Assembly: GCA_010093605.1 (NCBI GenBank)
Contig: MU004185.1
Location: 951,334-1,015,333, forward strand
DNA: 64,000 bases
Direction of reading: 5' to 3'
Source of the DNA: Lophium mytilinum
Taxonomy: Eukaryota
This document shows, one piece after another, positions 11,486 to 25,030 of this stretch. The notes below the pieces were generated by a model. The model had not been told where the DNA came from. It was given only the letters and a program-made list of their open reading frames with translations, and did no database searches. The position numbers and the translations under genes were made by a program. Position 1 is the stretch's first letter. Each line of letters starts with the position of its first letter.

Positions 11486-12989
11486 CTACCTATCGACCTC
11501 ACCGAAAACAAGGTCCATGGTACCGATAATGGCCACTGCGTCGGCCAAAAGATGTCCTCTTGATATCTGGTCCATGCAGCCCAGATGTGCGAAACCAGGT
11601 GCCCGAATTTTGCAACGGTATGGCCGCTCGGTTCCGTCACTGACTAAGAATACACCCATTTCTCCCTTGGGCGCCTCGATGGCGCTGTATGTCTCGCCTG
11701 GAGGAACGCTGTATCCCTTGCTGAAGAGCAGGAAGTGATGAATGAGCGCTTCCATGTTCTCCTTCATAGCAGCGCGTGGTGGCGGCGCGATCTTGTAGTC
11801 TTCCACCTTGATAGGACCGGCCGGCATCTGGTTCAAGCACTGGAAGATAATGCGAAGAGATTGGCGGAACTCCTCCATACGGCATAGGTAGCGGTCGTAG
11901 CAGTCCCCGTTCACACCAACGGGGACGTCGAAGTCGACTTTGTCGTAGGCATCGTATGGTTGGGACTTTCGCACGTCCCAAGGAACACCGGAACCGCGAA
12001 GCATGACACCGGAGAAGGAGTAGTTGATGGCTTCGGCAGCTGAGACGACACCAATGCCCTTAGTACGTCCGATCCAAATGCGGTTGTCTGTTAGCATTTC
12101 TTCGGTTTCATCAATACGATCGCCGAATTGAGTGGCCCATTGGTAGATATCATCGAGAAGGCCTATTGGGATATCTTGACTGACTCCGCCAGGACGGACG
12201 TAGGCGGCGTGCATTCGTGCACCAGAGACACGTTCGTAAAACTCCTGTAGGTGACTGATTAGAACGCTGATTTTTTGAGATGTCTGTGAATCAGGTGGTA
12301 TTGTAGCCCAATGTGCGTACCATGAGCTTCTCACGTTCTTCGAAACCCCACAAAAATGGTGTCAAAGCGCCAACGTCCATGGCATGAGACAGAACCGACA
12401 TGAGATGGTTCAAAATGCGAGTAATCTCCCCAAACATTGTCCTGATATATTTCGCGCGCTCTGGGATTTCGATGTTCAGCAGCTTTTCCACGGCCAGAGA
12501 GAAGCATTGTTCGTTCGTCATCATGGAAACATAATCCAGTCGGTCAAAGTATGGGAGGGCCTGGAGGTATGTCCTGTACTCAATGAGCTTCTCGGTTCCG
12601 CGGTGCAGCAGTCCAACATGCGGATCAGCTCGCACAATCTCCTCGCCATTGAGCTCGAGGATAAGCCGTAGCACGCCATGGGCGGCTGGATGCTGGGGCC
12701 CAAAGTTGACTGTGTAATGCCTGATCTTTCGCTTCTCCACCGTATCTCCTTCGTCACCGGCCAGATTCATGGACGCCGATTCCGGGTCGATCGGGTGGCC
12801 GAAGGTTGGGTCGACTGGAATCAGCCTGGTGCCCTCGGGCTGCTCGTAGTCTACAGCGGCATAATGGCGAGGGGACGACGTCGAGATGGACCGGGCAATG
12901 GGTCGAGGAAGGGAAGCGATGCGTGGTCGTGGGGCGACGCAAAGCCGTTTCGCCGTGTGGCCGGCAAGACGAGCAAAGGAAACAGGCAT
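11486..12989 (-). CDS. NDUFS2: NADH:ubiquinone oxidoreductase 49-kDa subunit (complex I), mitochondrial precursor; 2 exons, intron 12245-12320
   Basis: [56 protein letters not shown]-terminal DLVFGEVDR; Arg/Ser-rich presequence. Confidence 0.98.
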
Positions 12990-13170
12990 TGCGACCGATA
13001 GAACAGCCCAAAGCCTGATGTCTTTGCCAATTGGCGCTGCAGAGGGGAGATTGGGAGGTGGCGTAGGGAGGGAAGCTCGCTGGTCGTTGATGAGGTCTTT
13101 GACTTTGGGTCGAGCTCGCCTCGCGCCGCGCCAGAGCCGGATTGATACGGAGCGGGCTGTGTCATCAGAA

Positions 13171-13190
13171 ATTCAGCCGGCAGTGATTGG
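13171..13190 (-). promoter_or_regulatory. Candidate bipartite CCAAT-binding complex/HapX site upstream of NDUFS2
   Basis: Minus strand reads CCAAT-cactgccggctg-AAT, matching CSAAT-N12-RWT, ~180-200 bp upstream of the ATG. Confidence 0.5.
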
Positions 13191-13810
13191 ACGGCCTACA
13201 ATGCTCAGTATTTTATATCCCAACTTGCTCAACTACGTTACCAGGGCTTATATATGCAGAACGGTAATTCGATAATACGCCTTGTTACAGGTTTACATAA
13301 TTTGGAAGGTTCTCAAGACGTCAGTCAAAGCTCAGGGCCAGTTTAATGACTGCTTCATCATTATCTATTCTTACAAAAGTGCTCTCTCCATCATGCTAAA
13401 ACCACAGCTACGCCCATTATTACTTCTGACTATAATATTGAGGCCGGATAGTATAATGGAGTAGTAGAGCAAGTTACCAAAGGAAAAGAGCTCGAGAGGA
13501 GCAAGATAAAACCAGTCGACCAAACCCAAACCGCATTACGCCATCCCAGTCAGCTAGTAAGAATATTCAGGGTATTCATCATAACGCCTCTGCTGTTGTG
13601 AAACACCACAAAATCATCTGAACGCCTCGCCGCCCCATTCTCAAGGCAGTGGAAGCCGAGCCCGAAGCCTTGTCGACGGATAACCATACCATTTCATATT
13701 ATGTCGAGTCTTCTGCATCGTGAGCACCAGCCCCACCATCGTCTCAATCATTCAGCGCACTAATGCCGTAAGGCTAGCTGTAAGCACATCAAGCCTATAC
13801 CATCGTGATC

Positions 13811-14787
13811 TCACAGCTCCGCGAGTGCCTTTCGGCAGAGATCCTCGTACCTCCTGGAATCGAATCTCTGTCTGGGGAGAAGCTTCGCACGGCCCCTAAC
13901 GAAGTTTCCGGACTTTGACCCGTTCTTGGCCGTTCCAGAATACCGGGGTCTAGAGCTTGTATTCGGAACTGCATGCCATCCCTGGGAAATGGAATTACCC
14001 GAGTCCTCTGCCGCCTGAGCTTTCTGGAGTGAGCGAACAGCGTAGATATGCGAGTGTAGCATGCTAGCAAAGCTGGTGAGGTTGACGTTGTATTGTTCAA
14101 TCTGAGGCCTCGGCAGCGAAGTCAACGACGGGTTGCGGAACAGCTTTTGCGAAGGCAGAGTGAGGTCATCTAGAAAATTGCGAGATGGTGGAGAGCGATT
14201 GAACATCTTTGGCGTGGGGGGAAATGCTGAATCGGACTCGTCATCACTGTATACCGATGTGTCGTCGGTCACGTTAGAGTCTAGAGACGAGCGTTTATGG
14301 TTAATGGAGCTGCGATTTGAAGGATTGCAAGACTCCGCCATACTTTCTTCATCTCCCGAATGATCAGATACCTCGTCGATGGTCTCAAGCTCGGTAGTAG
14401 TTGTGAACATGGACAACGAGTCCAGGGCAGCCAAATAATGCTTCTCGGCCAGCTCCAGAGACGACTGTCGCTGGTCGTTCAGAATGCGCATGTTCCGGGA
14501 GATTTCGTGGTGCGAGAGGGCGGCATAGAAGTGCAGAAAAGAGACGTGCATGCATGGCTCCTACCAGAAGTCAGAATCACTCAAAAAAGCACGCTCGCAG
14601 GCACCGCTGAGGTAACCTTGCGAGTCATCCAATTATCCCAAAACTGGGAAGAGCTTACCTCTCTGCTTTTCTCGAGAAGAAGCATTTGTGCGGCCGCTGC
14701 ACACTGTCGGTACTGGCCACGCAAGAAGAGCTGCTTGATGGCAGGCAGCTGTGCTCTCAACCCGCCGGCAACGAACTGTGACTGCAT
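13811..14787 (-). CDS. Hypothetical fungal protein (2 exons)
   Basis: Exon 1 MQSQFVAGG...KQLFLRGQYRQC...KSRE, GTAAGC..TAG intron, exon 2 of ~250 aa (HFYAALSHHEISR...AEKHYLAAL...RFDSRRYEDLCRKALAEL*). Confidence 0.75.
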
Positions 14788-15861
14788 GATGGTTGCAGAT
14801 GACGACGCAGAGGGCTGCGATCCGGAGTGAACGTGACTGGAGGTGCAAAGGTGAAGAGGTGTGGATTCGAAGGCTCTGCCCGACTAAAGTCGAAGTGAGC
14901 TTGGTCTGAGCACGAGTTGTTGTAATTAAGGAAGGAGCCAAGGTGCCGCGACCTCAAAGAAGAGCAAACAAATTCGGGAGAAAGGAGAGCGATTGTGATT
15001 ATGCCGAAAGGAAGGACGATCAAATGATATAGAGAATGGATGGCCGCGTTGGTTGCCGGGGCGTTGCTTTCTGTCGTGTTTACAACGTGCAAGTTGACAA
15101 GGAAGGTGGTTGAGCTGGATGAGCTGGCAAGGAAGCGAACCAGGATGCTACGAGTTGCAAAAGACCGAAGGTTCAGGACACCGAGCGTCGGCAGGAACAC
15201 GAGCAATAGGAAGCCATTAATATGGGCTTCAACTCCGGCCTCCCACATCTTGCAAGGTTTGCACATGCCATCAACATGCTACGGCGGTCAGAAACGGCCT
15301 GTTTCACTCGATGTTTGACCTGCAGATCCACGCATGGCGCCTTTGCCGCATCGAGGAAGCTCCTTGCCTGCATTCGGCTTTTTCCACCCCAAACAGTGGG
15401 AGTGCGTCCGGGGTAGGGCTGAAGGCAAGGTTCGCGATGCTGTGTGATGGTCAAATCTGCGTGGATGAGCTCCTGTCACGCAATTCAGACGCACTCACCA
15501 CGGCTACATACATCCAACGGGAGCTCCCCGCCTCTGCTGCGGATACCCTTGAGGGTCTCTCCACACGGTCATACGAATCTGCGAAAGCCCGAAGCCCGGG
15601 GTATAAAGCTGGGAATAGCGTTGTACAGCATCGTTCATTTAAAATTGATGTCTTACTCGCCTTCAGGTGCTGGATTGTGATATTCAAAGTCACAACTGCA
15701 CATGCGTAATTCTTGCACTTAGCAAGGCCACAAGTGATAGTAACAAATGGAAACCCAATGAACAGCGAGTACTTATTCTACATACAACCAACTCAATGGT
15801 GGTTTTTGCGCCCAGTTTGGCGGTTGATCGGACACAGATACATGCTATAAGTCGCTCTAGC

Positions 15862-17018
15862 CTACTCCTCAGAAGCCGCAGCACCAGTGATAATCTCCAC
15901 CAGTTCGCCAGTGATGACGGCTTGACGAGTGCGGTTGAAAAGAATTTGGAATCGGGTGATCATGTCGCCGGCGTTCTTGGACGCGTTCTGTGCCACAGTT
16001 AGCTGCTGAATTATACGCTGGGAGAAGCAAACAACTCACATCCATGGCATTCCGTCGGGCAGACTGTTCGCAAGCGTGGCCCTCAGCCAGCGCCTAAACT
16101 CGTTAGGACCGAATCATAACAGCCGTAAGATATCAACTTACCCAGAACAGCGAATTGGCAAGCGAGTACTCGCGGAGGTTGGCGAGCACCTCGTCATCAA
16201 TTTCAAAGGCGGCAAAGTTCGCTGGCAATCATGTTAGAAGAGTTTCATGGGGGGTTCCGTATAGCTTACGGGAGTTAAGAATGGCCTCTTCGGAGAACGC
16301 CTCGATGATGGTGGCCTCGTAACTTGTCGCGTTGATGAACTTGTTGTAGATGATCTGAACGGAGGCATAATCGGTCGGCAGCAGGGAGATCTGGTCTGCG
16401 ATGGCCTGAGCATCGGCGAACGTTGGTACGTCCTTGCCAATACCGGCAAAGCTGAGCTGCATGTTCTTGCCGTTGGATCGGCCCAATTGCGCCTTGCACT
16501 TTTCTCCGAGAACGACAAGCTCGATGTCAGGCTTCTCGGCGAGGATGGCGCGCGTCTTCCTCGACATGCCGGAGTGGATACCACCACAGAGGCCCTTATC
16601 CGAGCTGCAGACAACAATCAATGTCTTCTTGCCCTCGCCCTCAATAGGCTTGGTCTCGGCCTTCTCGAAAACAAGGTTGGATGTCTGGCCGTACTTCCGG
16701 GACTCTGTCATGGCGCGCTGGGCGCGGGTGAGCTTGGTCGAGGCGACGATTTTCATCGTCTTGGTGATCTTCTCGATGTTGCGGATCGACTTGAGACGGC
16801 CCTCGATCTCACGTAGGGTAGCGTAGGTGGCGGCATTGGTGGCATTGAGGGTGGCCGGGCTGTCAACGCGATGCAATTAATATCTGAATGCCAATTGGGG
16901 TGGATAGAGGCGTCGGAAGAGGTCGCCGGGAGAGCGGCAGGACAGGACAGGAGTGGGCGTACCGGGCAGCGCTCTGGGCGGCCGCTCGCAGAGCCGGACG
17001 GGCAGCTCTGGACAGCAT
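15862..17018 (-). CDS. ATP3: Mitochondrial F1 ATP synthase gamma subunit (multi-exon)
   Basis: [13 protein letters not shown] presequence; [42 protein letters not shown]; spliced C-terminus [16 protein letters not shown]...[21 protein letters not shown]. Confidence 0.98.
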
Positions 17019-17484
17019 CGTGAGACGGATGGGGAGGAGATGGAGCGGAGATGGGAGACAGCCGTGGTGTGCGTCAAGCTGTGGTCGGCTTCACGGCTGT
17101 AGGAAGCTCTCGGGGTGAAGGAAATTGCCGCTAGCACTAAAGACAGCCTAGCCTAGCCAAGCAGCTTCCCAGCCAATCAGCGGGGGCAGGCGCTCAGGAG
17201 GCTCTTTTTGTTGTCCGTGTGAGACCCAAGTCTTTCTCGAATCCATTCCTTTCTCCGTCTCCATCGCCGTCGCGTCCGTCGCCCTCTCCACCATCCAATC
17301 TCTCCACCACTTCGCGTGGCGCGGCAACCTCTGTCTTGCCGGACGCCCATTTCTAACATCAACCGCAGTTTGCCCCCGCCAACTCGCTAGGCCTGCTACT
17401 ACCGCGTTCGGGTCCGCTAGAAGCAGTTCCGCATTCTCCCTGTACCTGAAGCCACGGCTGCAACTGCCTGCAACATCTTGGAGA
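17019..17484. promoter_or_regulatory. Short divergent (probably bidirectional) promoter between ATP3 and TOP1 with CCAATCAG box at 17173
   Basis: 466 bp between head-to-head ATGs; agCCAATcag; pyrimidine-rich tracts oriented toward each gene. Confidence 0.55.
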
Positions 17485-20400
17485 ATGTCGTCGTCGGACG
17501 ATGACACCCCGCTCGTCAAGGGCAGACCGAATGGAGGTCAGTTCGTCCCTCAGCATCACTACCGAGGCGTGAACGCGAATCGCCTCACTGGCAAGCATTG
17601 TTGCACGTTGTCCTTTTCGGGCCTACTGCCTCTGCCTATTGCGCGCGAGGCCCACCTTCACCTGGCCAGCCCTCACAAACTTCCCTCTTCCACACACTCC
17701 TCCACCATCGACCCTCTCACTAACCACTCCTTACTCCTAGTGAAATCGGAAGCCTACATCTCGAAGAGCATCGACAAAGCCATGGACAAGGGAGACCCAT
17801 CAAACGGGCATGTCGAGCCTGGCATTTCCATACGCATGGGCCCGGTCGAGGAGATGGACACCGACACTCCAGCCCTGCCGAATGGACACACGAACGGAAA
17901 ACGAAAGTCTCGGGGCAGCACGACGAACGGCAAAACCTACAAGGAAGCCAGCGGCAGCTCCGATGACGATAAGCCACTGGTGCGTTACAATCCCGAACCC
18001 GTTATGCATTCAATTCGCTGACTCTGCCATAGAGTAAGCGCCGAAGGACCTCTCCAGCTGCGAAACCTGCGCAAGATTCCGACTCTGAACTCAGCGATGA
18101 GCCCTTGGCCCACAGGTCACGCCCTGCCGCCAAGAAGCCCCCCAAGGTTACTGCGGCGCAGTTGGGAGAGTCATCAGACTCGGACACCCCTCTAGGCGTC
18201 AAGCTAGTGAAAGAGAAGGAGAAGATCGAAAAGGCAGCTGAGAGAACGGCCAAGGCCATTAAGCGGGATGAAAACAAAGCTGCTGCCATCAAGCGAAAGC
18301 CCAAGAAGATCGAAAGCGACAGCGATGATGATGTTCCGCTTGCAAAGAAGAAAAAGCCCGCGGCAAAAGCCATAAATGGAGTCAAATCCGAATCGGACTC
18401 TGACGTGCCTCTGAAGCGCAAATTACCTGCGAAGAAGGCAAAAGTCAAGGCAGAACCTTCCGCTCCAGCGAAGAAGGGCAAGGGGAAGGTGAAAAAGGAG
18501 GAGACGGACCAGGACCGCGAGGCTGAAGCTGAAGAAGAGGAATACAGATGGTGGGAAGACCCAACCAAGGGCGACGGCACCAAGAAGTGGACTACTCTTG
18601 AGCACAACGGTGTCATCTTTCCCCCAGAGTATGAGCCTCTGCCTTCGCACGTCAAAATGCTATACGACGGCGTTCCCGTCAGCCTCCACAAGGATGCCGA
18701 GGAAATCGCAGGCTTTTACGGTGGAATGTTGAACTCGGCTCACAACGTCGAGAACCCTACATTCAATAAGAATTTCTTTGAAGACTTCCAGAAAGTCCTA
18801 GGCAAAACTGGCCATGCCACAGACAAGAACGGCAACAAAGTCAAGATTCAGAAGTTCGTCAAGTGCGACTTCAAGCCTATCTTTGATTATCTAGAAGCAG
18901 AGCGAATGAAGAAGAAAGCTCTGCCTGCAGCAGAAAAGAAGGCTCTCAAGGCTGCCAAAGACGAAGCTGAGAAGGACTACGTCTTCTGCTTGTGGGACGG
19001 TCGCAAGCAGAAAGTGGGCAACTTTAGAGTCGAACCTCCTGGTCTTTTCCGCGGTCGTGGTGAGCACCCCAAGACGGGCCGTGTGAAAAGCCGCGTGCTT
19101 CCTGAGCAGATCACCATCAACATCGGCAAGGGAGCCAAAGTCCCGGAAGCCCCAGCAGGGCACCACTGGAAGGAAGTCAAGCATGACCAGGAAGGCACCT
19201 GGCTGGCTATGTGGCAAGAAAACATCAACAATGCGTACAAGTACGTTATGCTGGCTGCCAACTCCGATGTCAAAGGGCAGAGCGATTTCAAGAAATTCGA
19301 AAAGGCTCGAGAGCTGAAGAAGCATATTGCTCGTATTCGCAAAGACTATGAGAAAGACCTCAAGTCTAGCATCATGGCTGATCGTCAGCGCGCCACTGCT
19401 GTTTATCTAATCGATCAGTTTGCCCTTCGTGCTGGTAACGAGAAGGGTGAAGATGAGGCCGACACTGTCGGCTGCTGCTCTTTGAAATACGAGCATGTTA
19501 CTCTTCGGCCTCCTAACACGGTCATATTCGACTTCCTGGGTAAGGACAGCATTCGATTCTACGACGAGGTCGAAGTCGACCATCAGGTGTTCAAGAATTT
19601 GAAGCTCTTCAAGAAGGAACCGAAGAGCACTGGCGATGAAATTTTCGATAGACTAACGGTAAGAACGCCTCATCACGTTTTGCATGCGGTAGCTGATATC
19701 ATCTAGACGTCCGCTCTCAATAAGCACTTGAGCAACTACATGCCAGGGCTTACAGCTAAGGTGTTCCGTACCTACAACGCCTCCTGGACTATGGCAAGCC
19801 TGCTCCGAGAGATGAAGTCGACGGGAACAATTCCTGAGAAAGTCAAAGACTACAACGATGCGAATCGAAAGGTCGCTATTCTTTGCAACCACAAGCGTAC
19901 TGTAGCAGCAGGCCACGCTGGACAAATCGAGAAGATGGAAGACAAGGTACGACATCAAATGCTGTTCACGGTGATTGTGTCACTGATGTATAATAGATCA
20001 AGGGTCTTCGTTACCAGCAATGGCGTATCAAGCAGATGATGCTCAATCTCGATTCGAAGCTCAAGAAGAAGCGAGGTGCGGAGTTCTTCGAGCGTGACGA
20101 GGATATGGATGATGAGTGGGTCAAGGAGCACCAAGCCGCTCTCGTCGAGGAACAGCGCCAGAAGATCACAAAGAAGTTCGAAAAGGACAACGAGAAGCTT
20201 GTCAACGAGGGCCAGAAGGAGATGAAGAACAAGGATTTAGAAGAGCGCATGGAGGTCGCGGATGAGCTTGAGAAGAAGTTCAAAAAGGAGAATAAGAGTG
20301 GCAAGGTCGAGCCTGAGGGCAAGGGACCGACGGTGGAGAAGATGGAGGCCAATCTCGACAAGCTCACTCAACGCATTGAAACGATGAAGGTTCAGATGGC

Positions 20401-20636
20401 AGACAAGGATAACAACAAGGAAGTTGCCCTTGGAACTTCTAAGATCGTACGTACCGCTCCTCCTCGTACCACAAGTGCGGCCACACTGACCATTTCCGCA
20501 GAACTACATCGATCCACGTCTGACCGTGGTCTTCTCCAAGAAATTCAACGTCCCGATCGAACGCTTCTTCTCCAAGACCCTCCGCGAGAAGTTCGATTGG
20601 GCCATCAAGTCAGTCGACGAGGACTGGGAATTCTGA
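17485..20636 (+). CDS. TOP1: DNA topoisomerase I (type IB), multi-exon
   Basis: Charged N-terminus with SD.D.PL repeats; [63 protein letters not shown], and spliced LGTSKI/NYIDPR with the catalytic Tyr; ends DEDWEF*. Confidence 0.98.
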
Positions 20637-22319
20637 ACTACTCTCACCATCTGGTGGCGATTTGCAGCATACTTACTCAGGGGGTTATCTTTGCAGCGGC
20701 ATACGGGCGGCACAGATTGGTTCATGCAGTTTTTGGCTTATGGTTCTATGGTGTTCCTTCACTCATTACCTCGGTTTGCATTGTCCAGGGCGGAAGTCGC
20801 CATTGGCGACCTGCTCTGAGGGGCTACACCCAAAAGTTAGCCAGGGCTGGAGATGCCCGGCGAGTTATCCGGCCGGTCATATGCTGCTCGATGCCAGGGG
20901 TGTGTCGGCGGATGCGGGACGATCCTATGGACAGCTGCGGGTCATCCATTGCAGTTCTTGCGTAGCAGGCGCACATCTAGCCAATAGATAGACTCTAGGA
21001 TGCGAAAGAAATAAAAGCCTCTTGCATATATGCGATGTGCGCGGTGTGGGATGCACGAGGATGGTGTATTGGAAGCGGCCAGAAGCAGCAATGATTCCCA
21101 CGTCTCCGTGTCTGATTGTATGTTTGTTGAGGAGGCGTGTTTCACAGCGAAAGAAGAAAGGAAAGCATTGGAGCACCAGACCGCATCGCCTGTGAAGAGT
21201 TTTCTCCACAGTGCTAGCCAGCTTCCCGAACAGCGCGCGAACTGCTCGTTCAAGAGCGCCCCATCACGCCTGGACGCTCCCTGCGGACCGAAGGCGGCTC
21301 GAGGTAACAGTGCTCTACTCAAGTACGGGCAGGTGGGCTCAGCACGGCGGCAGAAGCCGGCGAGGCGTGCAGAGGAGGTGATATACCGTTTCTCCAGCTT
21401 TTATATTGGCATTGAAGTCTGTAATGCCTCGTTGGAGCGGACCCGGCTCCGAAAAGGCGAGCCTAAGCACCCACTACCACGGTAGCTACTCCGTCTGCTG
21501 TGCCGCACGGCGACTGGTTCGTCCAAACTGCGTCTACCCCGCTGCTTCAGGTGCGTGCGCAGGTGGTTGATGCTGGAGTGTTGCTGCAGGCCGCTTCACG
21601 GGGCGGCTCGCATCAGGTGACGGGGGGGCGCATGGTTCTCGCGGGAGCACTTCACCACTTTGATACTGTCCTCCGGGCCCTCAGCGCCATGGGGGTCTTC
21701 TCTGGCGCCCCGGTCAGCGTGCACAACCAGGTTTGCAGGCGGGAGGGCGCGGATGGAGGCTGGTCTCTCACGCTTGGCCCCTGGCGGGATCGAGCGATTG
21801 AGGCGGCGGACGTGCCTGAGCGGAGGGCAATTGAGGGTGTGGTGGACTGCAAGCTGTCTCGCTGTGGGTGGGCGGGCTACTGGCTGCGAACTGATACATT
21901 TATAACCGCGCTGCCCTGCCTGCTGCCCTGTCCTTCTCTGCAACCGTGCCAGCTATCTTATTTTTGCAAAGCGGTCTGCAGGTCACTGACTCCTGCGTCT
22001 GAGGGAGCCCTGGAGAGCTAGGAATTGCCCACGCCTTTAGCACCCGCCCGCGCCGCTGCCGTCGGCTCGTCAAGTCATCCTTCTGACGGCCCTCTCCCTG
22101 TAATTGCAGCGCCCACTCCGCCGACGTTGCTTGCTGCCCGCATCCCGCATTCCAGATCCTGACGCCTGCCAAAACCGATACCACTGCAACCCAACAACAA
22201 CCACGCCCAAAGCGACCTGCCGATACACCACCTGGCCACGGACGAGAGCAGGCCCCGGTCTTGCGAAGTTGTGTGAATAGAGGACGCTGCTGCGCCGTGA
22301 GATTCCGTCTGACCCCGTC

Positions 22320-23921
22320 ATGGCTGAGGATGCGGCACGAACCGACCCCGCGGTGGAGGTGAAGCCTACCGTCAGCGAGACCGCTGGAGAGACCAAAATT
22401 ACTGGAGAGACGCTTACTGCTGGACAGACGCCCGCCGTGGGAGAGAATGGAGCTGCCAACCCTGCTATTGGAGAGACGTCAGTCGTGGGAGAGAAGCCGC
22501 CCGTTGTGGACGACAGACCGTCTGTGTTGATCATTGGGGGACTAGGTGTGTATACGCATGTTGCACTGCTGCCGTTGGGCGGTATACTGGTGCATGGAAG
22601 GTCGAGCTCGCGCTAATATCAGTTTGCAGGATACATCGGCCGCTTCCTCGCCCTTCACATTCACCAAAACAACCTCGCATCTGAAGTCAGACTCGTCGAC
22701 AAACACCTCCCCGAGCTGGCCTGGCTGGCGCCCGAGTTCAAGGAAGCATGCTCGCGCGAGAAGTTCATGCAGGCCGACGCTTCACGAGAACGTGCGTACC
22801 TCCATTACCTACCCCACACTATAGGCAATAGTATAGCCTGATATACACCTTGGTTACACCATGCTGACTAGGTACCTGTTTTGGCTATATAGAATCCCTA
22901 CAGCGCATCTTCGATCGATCGAGCGGCAAACAGTGGGACTACGTCTTCAATTGCGGGGGTGAGACCCGCTACTCCCAGGAGGATGAGGTGTACCGCGTAC
23001 GTTCCCACGCTCTATCGCTTGCGGTGGGCAAGGAGGCGGCGAAGCGTGGTGTCAAGGTCTTCGTTGAGATGAGCACGGGGATGCTATACAAGCCGGACAG
23101 CGTGCCGCGGAAGGAGACGGACAAGTTGAAGCCGTGGCTGAAGCTCGCAAAGTGGAAGCTCTCAGCGGAAGAGGACCTGGCCAAGATTGAAGGACTGAAC
23201 CTCATGGTGATGCGTATGGCACACGTTTACGGGCCTTACACCAGCAAATTTATTTCCACCGCGCTATGCATGGCGAGAGTATACCAGTTTTGGGGGAAAG
23301 AGATGAAGTGGCTGTGGAAGGGGGATCTAAGAACCAACACGGTGCACGTTGAAGACATTGCGAGGGCATTATGGACAGGTGCGGAATGGTATTGCAAAGC
23401 GCCTTCGCCGAGGAAACCAGTGCCAATATTCAATTTGGTGGATCAAGGGAATACTTGTGAGTCCCAGTCTTCACATCTGCCAGATGTCCTTCTAACCCCT
23501 TCACAGCCCAAGGCGACATGGCAAAACTCATGCATGGAGTCTTCAACATCGACACTGGCTTCCATGGTACTATCATTTCAGCGTTCGCTCGTCTGAATCT
23601 CGATCACGTCGTTGACGACGTTAATGACGAGTTACTCGACCCTTGGGCAGATCTCCAGACAAAAGCGAATATCAGCCAGTCAACACCTCTCAGTCCCTTC
23701 ATGGAGAAGGAGTTGCTAAAGGACACCGATCTGAGTCTTGACGGGAATAAATTCGTAAAGGAGACAGGATTCAAGTAAGTTGCAGCCTCACTAATGCTAT
23801 CTCGTGAACATGATAATTTCCTAGATGCTGATTGGTCCCCAGATACAACCACCCAAAACTCACGCAACAAGAAATCGAAGCCGTGATCGAGAGCTACCGA
23901 AAAATGGGATGGTGGCCGTAA
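22320..23921 (+). CDS. NAD-dependent epimerase/dehydratase family protein (multi-exon)
   Basis: Spliced Rossmann motif SVLIIGGLG/YIGRFLA; VFNCGGETRYSQ; RMAHVYG; TVHVEDIARA; ends YRKMGWWP*. Confidence 0.9.
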
Positions 23922-25030
23922 AGCACCACCTAGTTCTACTTTGAAACACGCCCCCGGAAAGATGTTCAGAAGTCTTGTTCACCGCCTTGCAAGCGTGAAC
24001 AGAATCACCCGACAGCCATCCTATCCACACGACCAACCACGGCCTCCTGTCCGCGTACGGAAGCAGAGTTGCAACGCTATGACTCTACTCATACCAATAC
24101 CACATGATACCACTTTTAATCCCCGCCGCTACTGCGCCCTCGCTTCCTTCGTCCCGCATCCTCGAAATGGGAACCTTCCGACTCCGCATGGTGATCGGCC
24201 GCTCTCTAATTAAAAGACAAGCGAGCGCTCCGCAACGTCATATATTCCCTCGTTTTCCGGTGTTTTCTATCGTCATCAGTCGTTTTAGCAGCATACCGTC
24301 GTGCCTGTACCCGTGCTTTTTGGATGATTCCTTTCTGGCATGTTTTGGAGCGTTTGAGACATATCCCCGTTTGGTTTTTATTCTCTAAGTTTTGTTTATG
24401 GATTGGATAGGACTGGATGGGTTGGGGTGGGGGGAAGGAAGGAGGGTAGAGGAGCGGGATAGGATGGGATGGATAGATGTTGATGGATACCACGATTTAT
24501 ACGGTGAGCGGGATGTTGGGTTAAGTTGTCACGTGTGCTGTGGAGGGATGCGTAGCTTACCTAGCATAAATATCTTTCTGAAGCTATGGATTTGGTGGAA
24601 AATGTGAGGTGAGCTGGTGTTCGGATAAAACTGCGTCCGACCGCGCCCCATGGGGGTTTGCAACAGTCGAAAAGAAGGCTCGTAATGGAGAAGTGTGGAG
24701 GTGGACTCGAGTGTCTGCGAGTGCGGTGGTGAGTTCCACCATCCAGCAACCCGATAACCTGCGTCTTCTACGTAAGATATAGTTCCTATCACTGTCACTA
24801 CTCTCTAGCCAACATACTTTTGGAACGATCATCATCACCACCATCATCAAGCCCCTTACCGCCTCCCACTCATTAGGTGCTTTCTTCTTCCAATTTACCC
24901 CCCCACCACTCCTCCCACTCTCCATCGCTTTCCTTTTCTCTTACTTTTGCTCTTCCACCCCTCACATACGATTGTGGCGGGGCGTTTGATGTACACGTCC
25001 CACCCCCGTTGTCTGTAAGTCATAGAGGTG

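Noticed and set aside
20640..22319. ORFs or ncRNA (e.g. telomerase RNA) in the TOP1-epimerase gap
   Set aside because: Overlapping ORFs without motifs; no TAACCCTAA-type template or other RNA signature seen.
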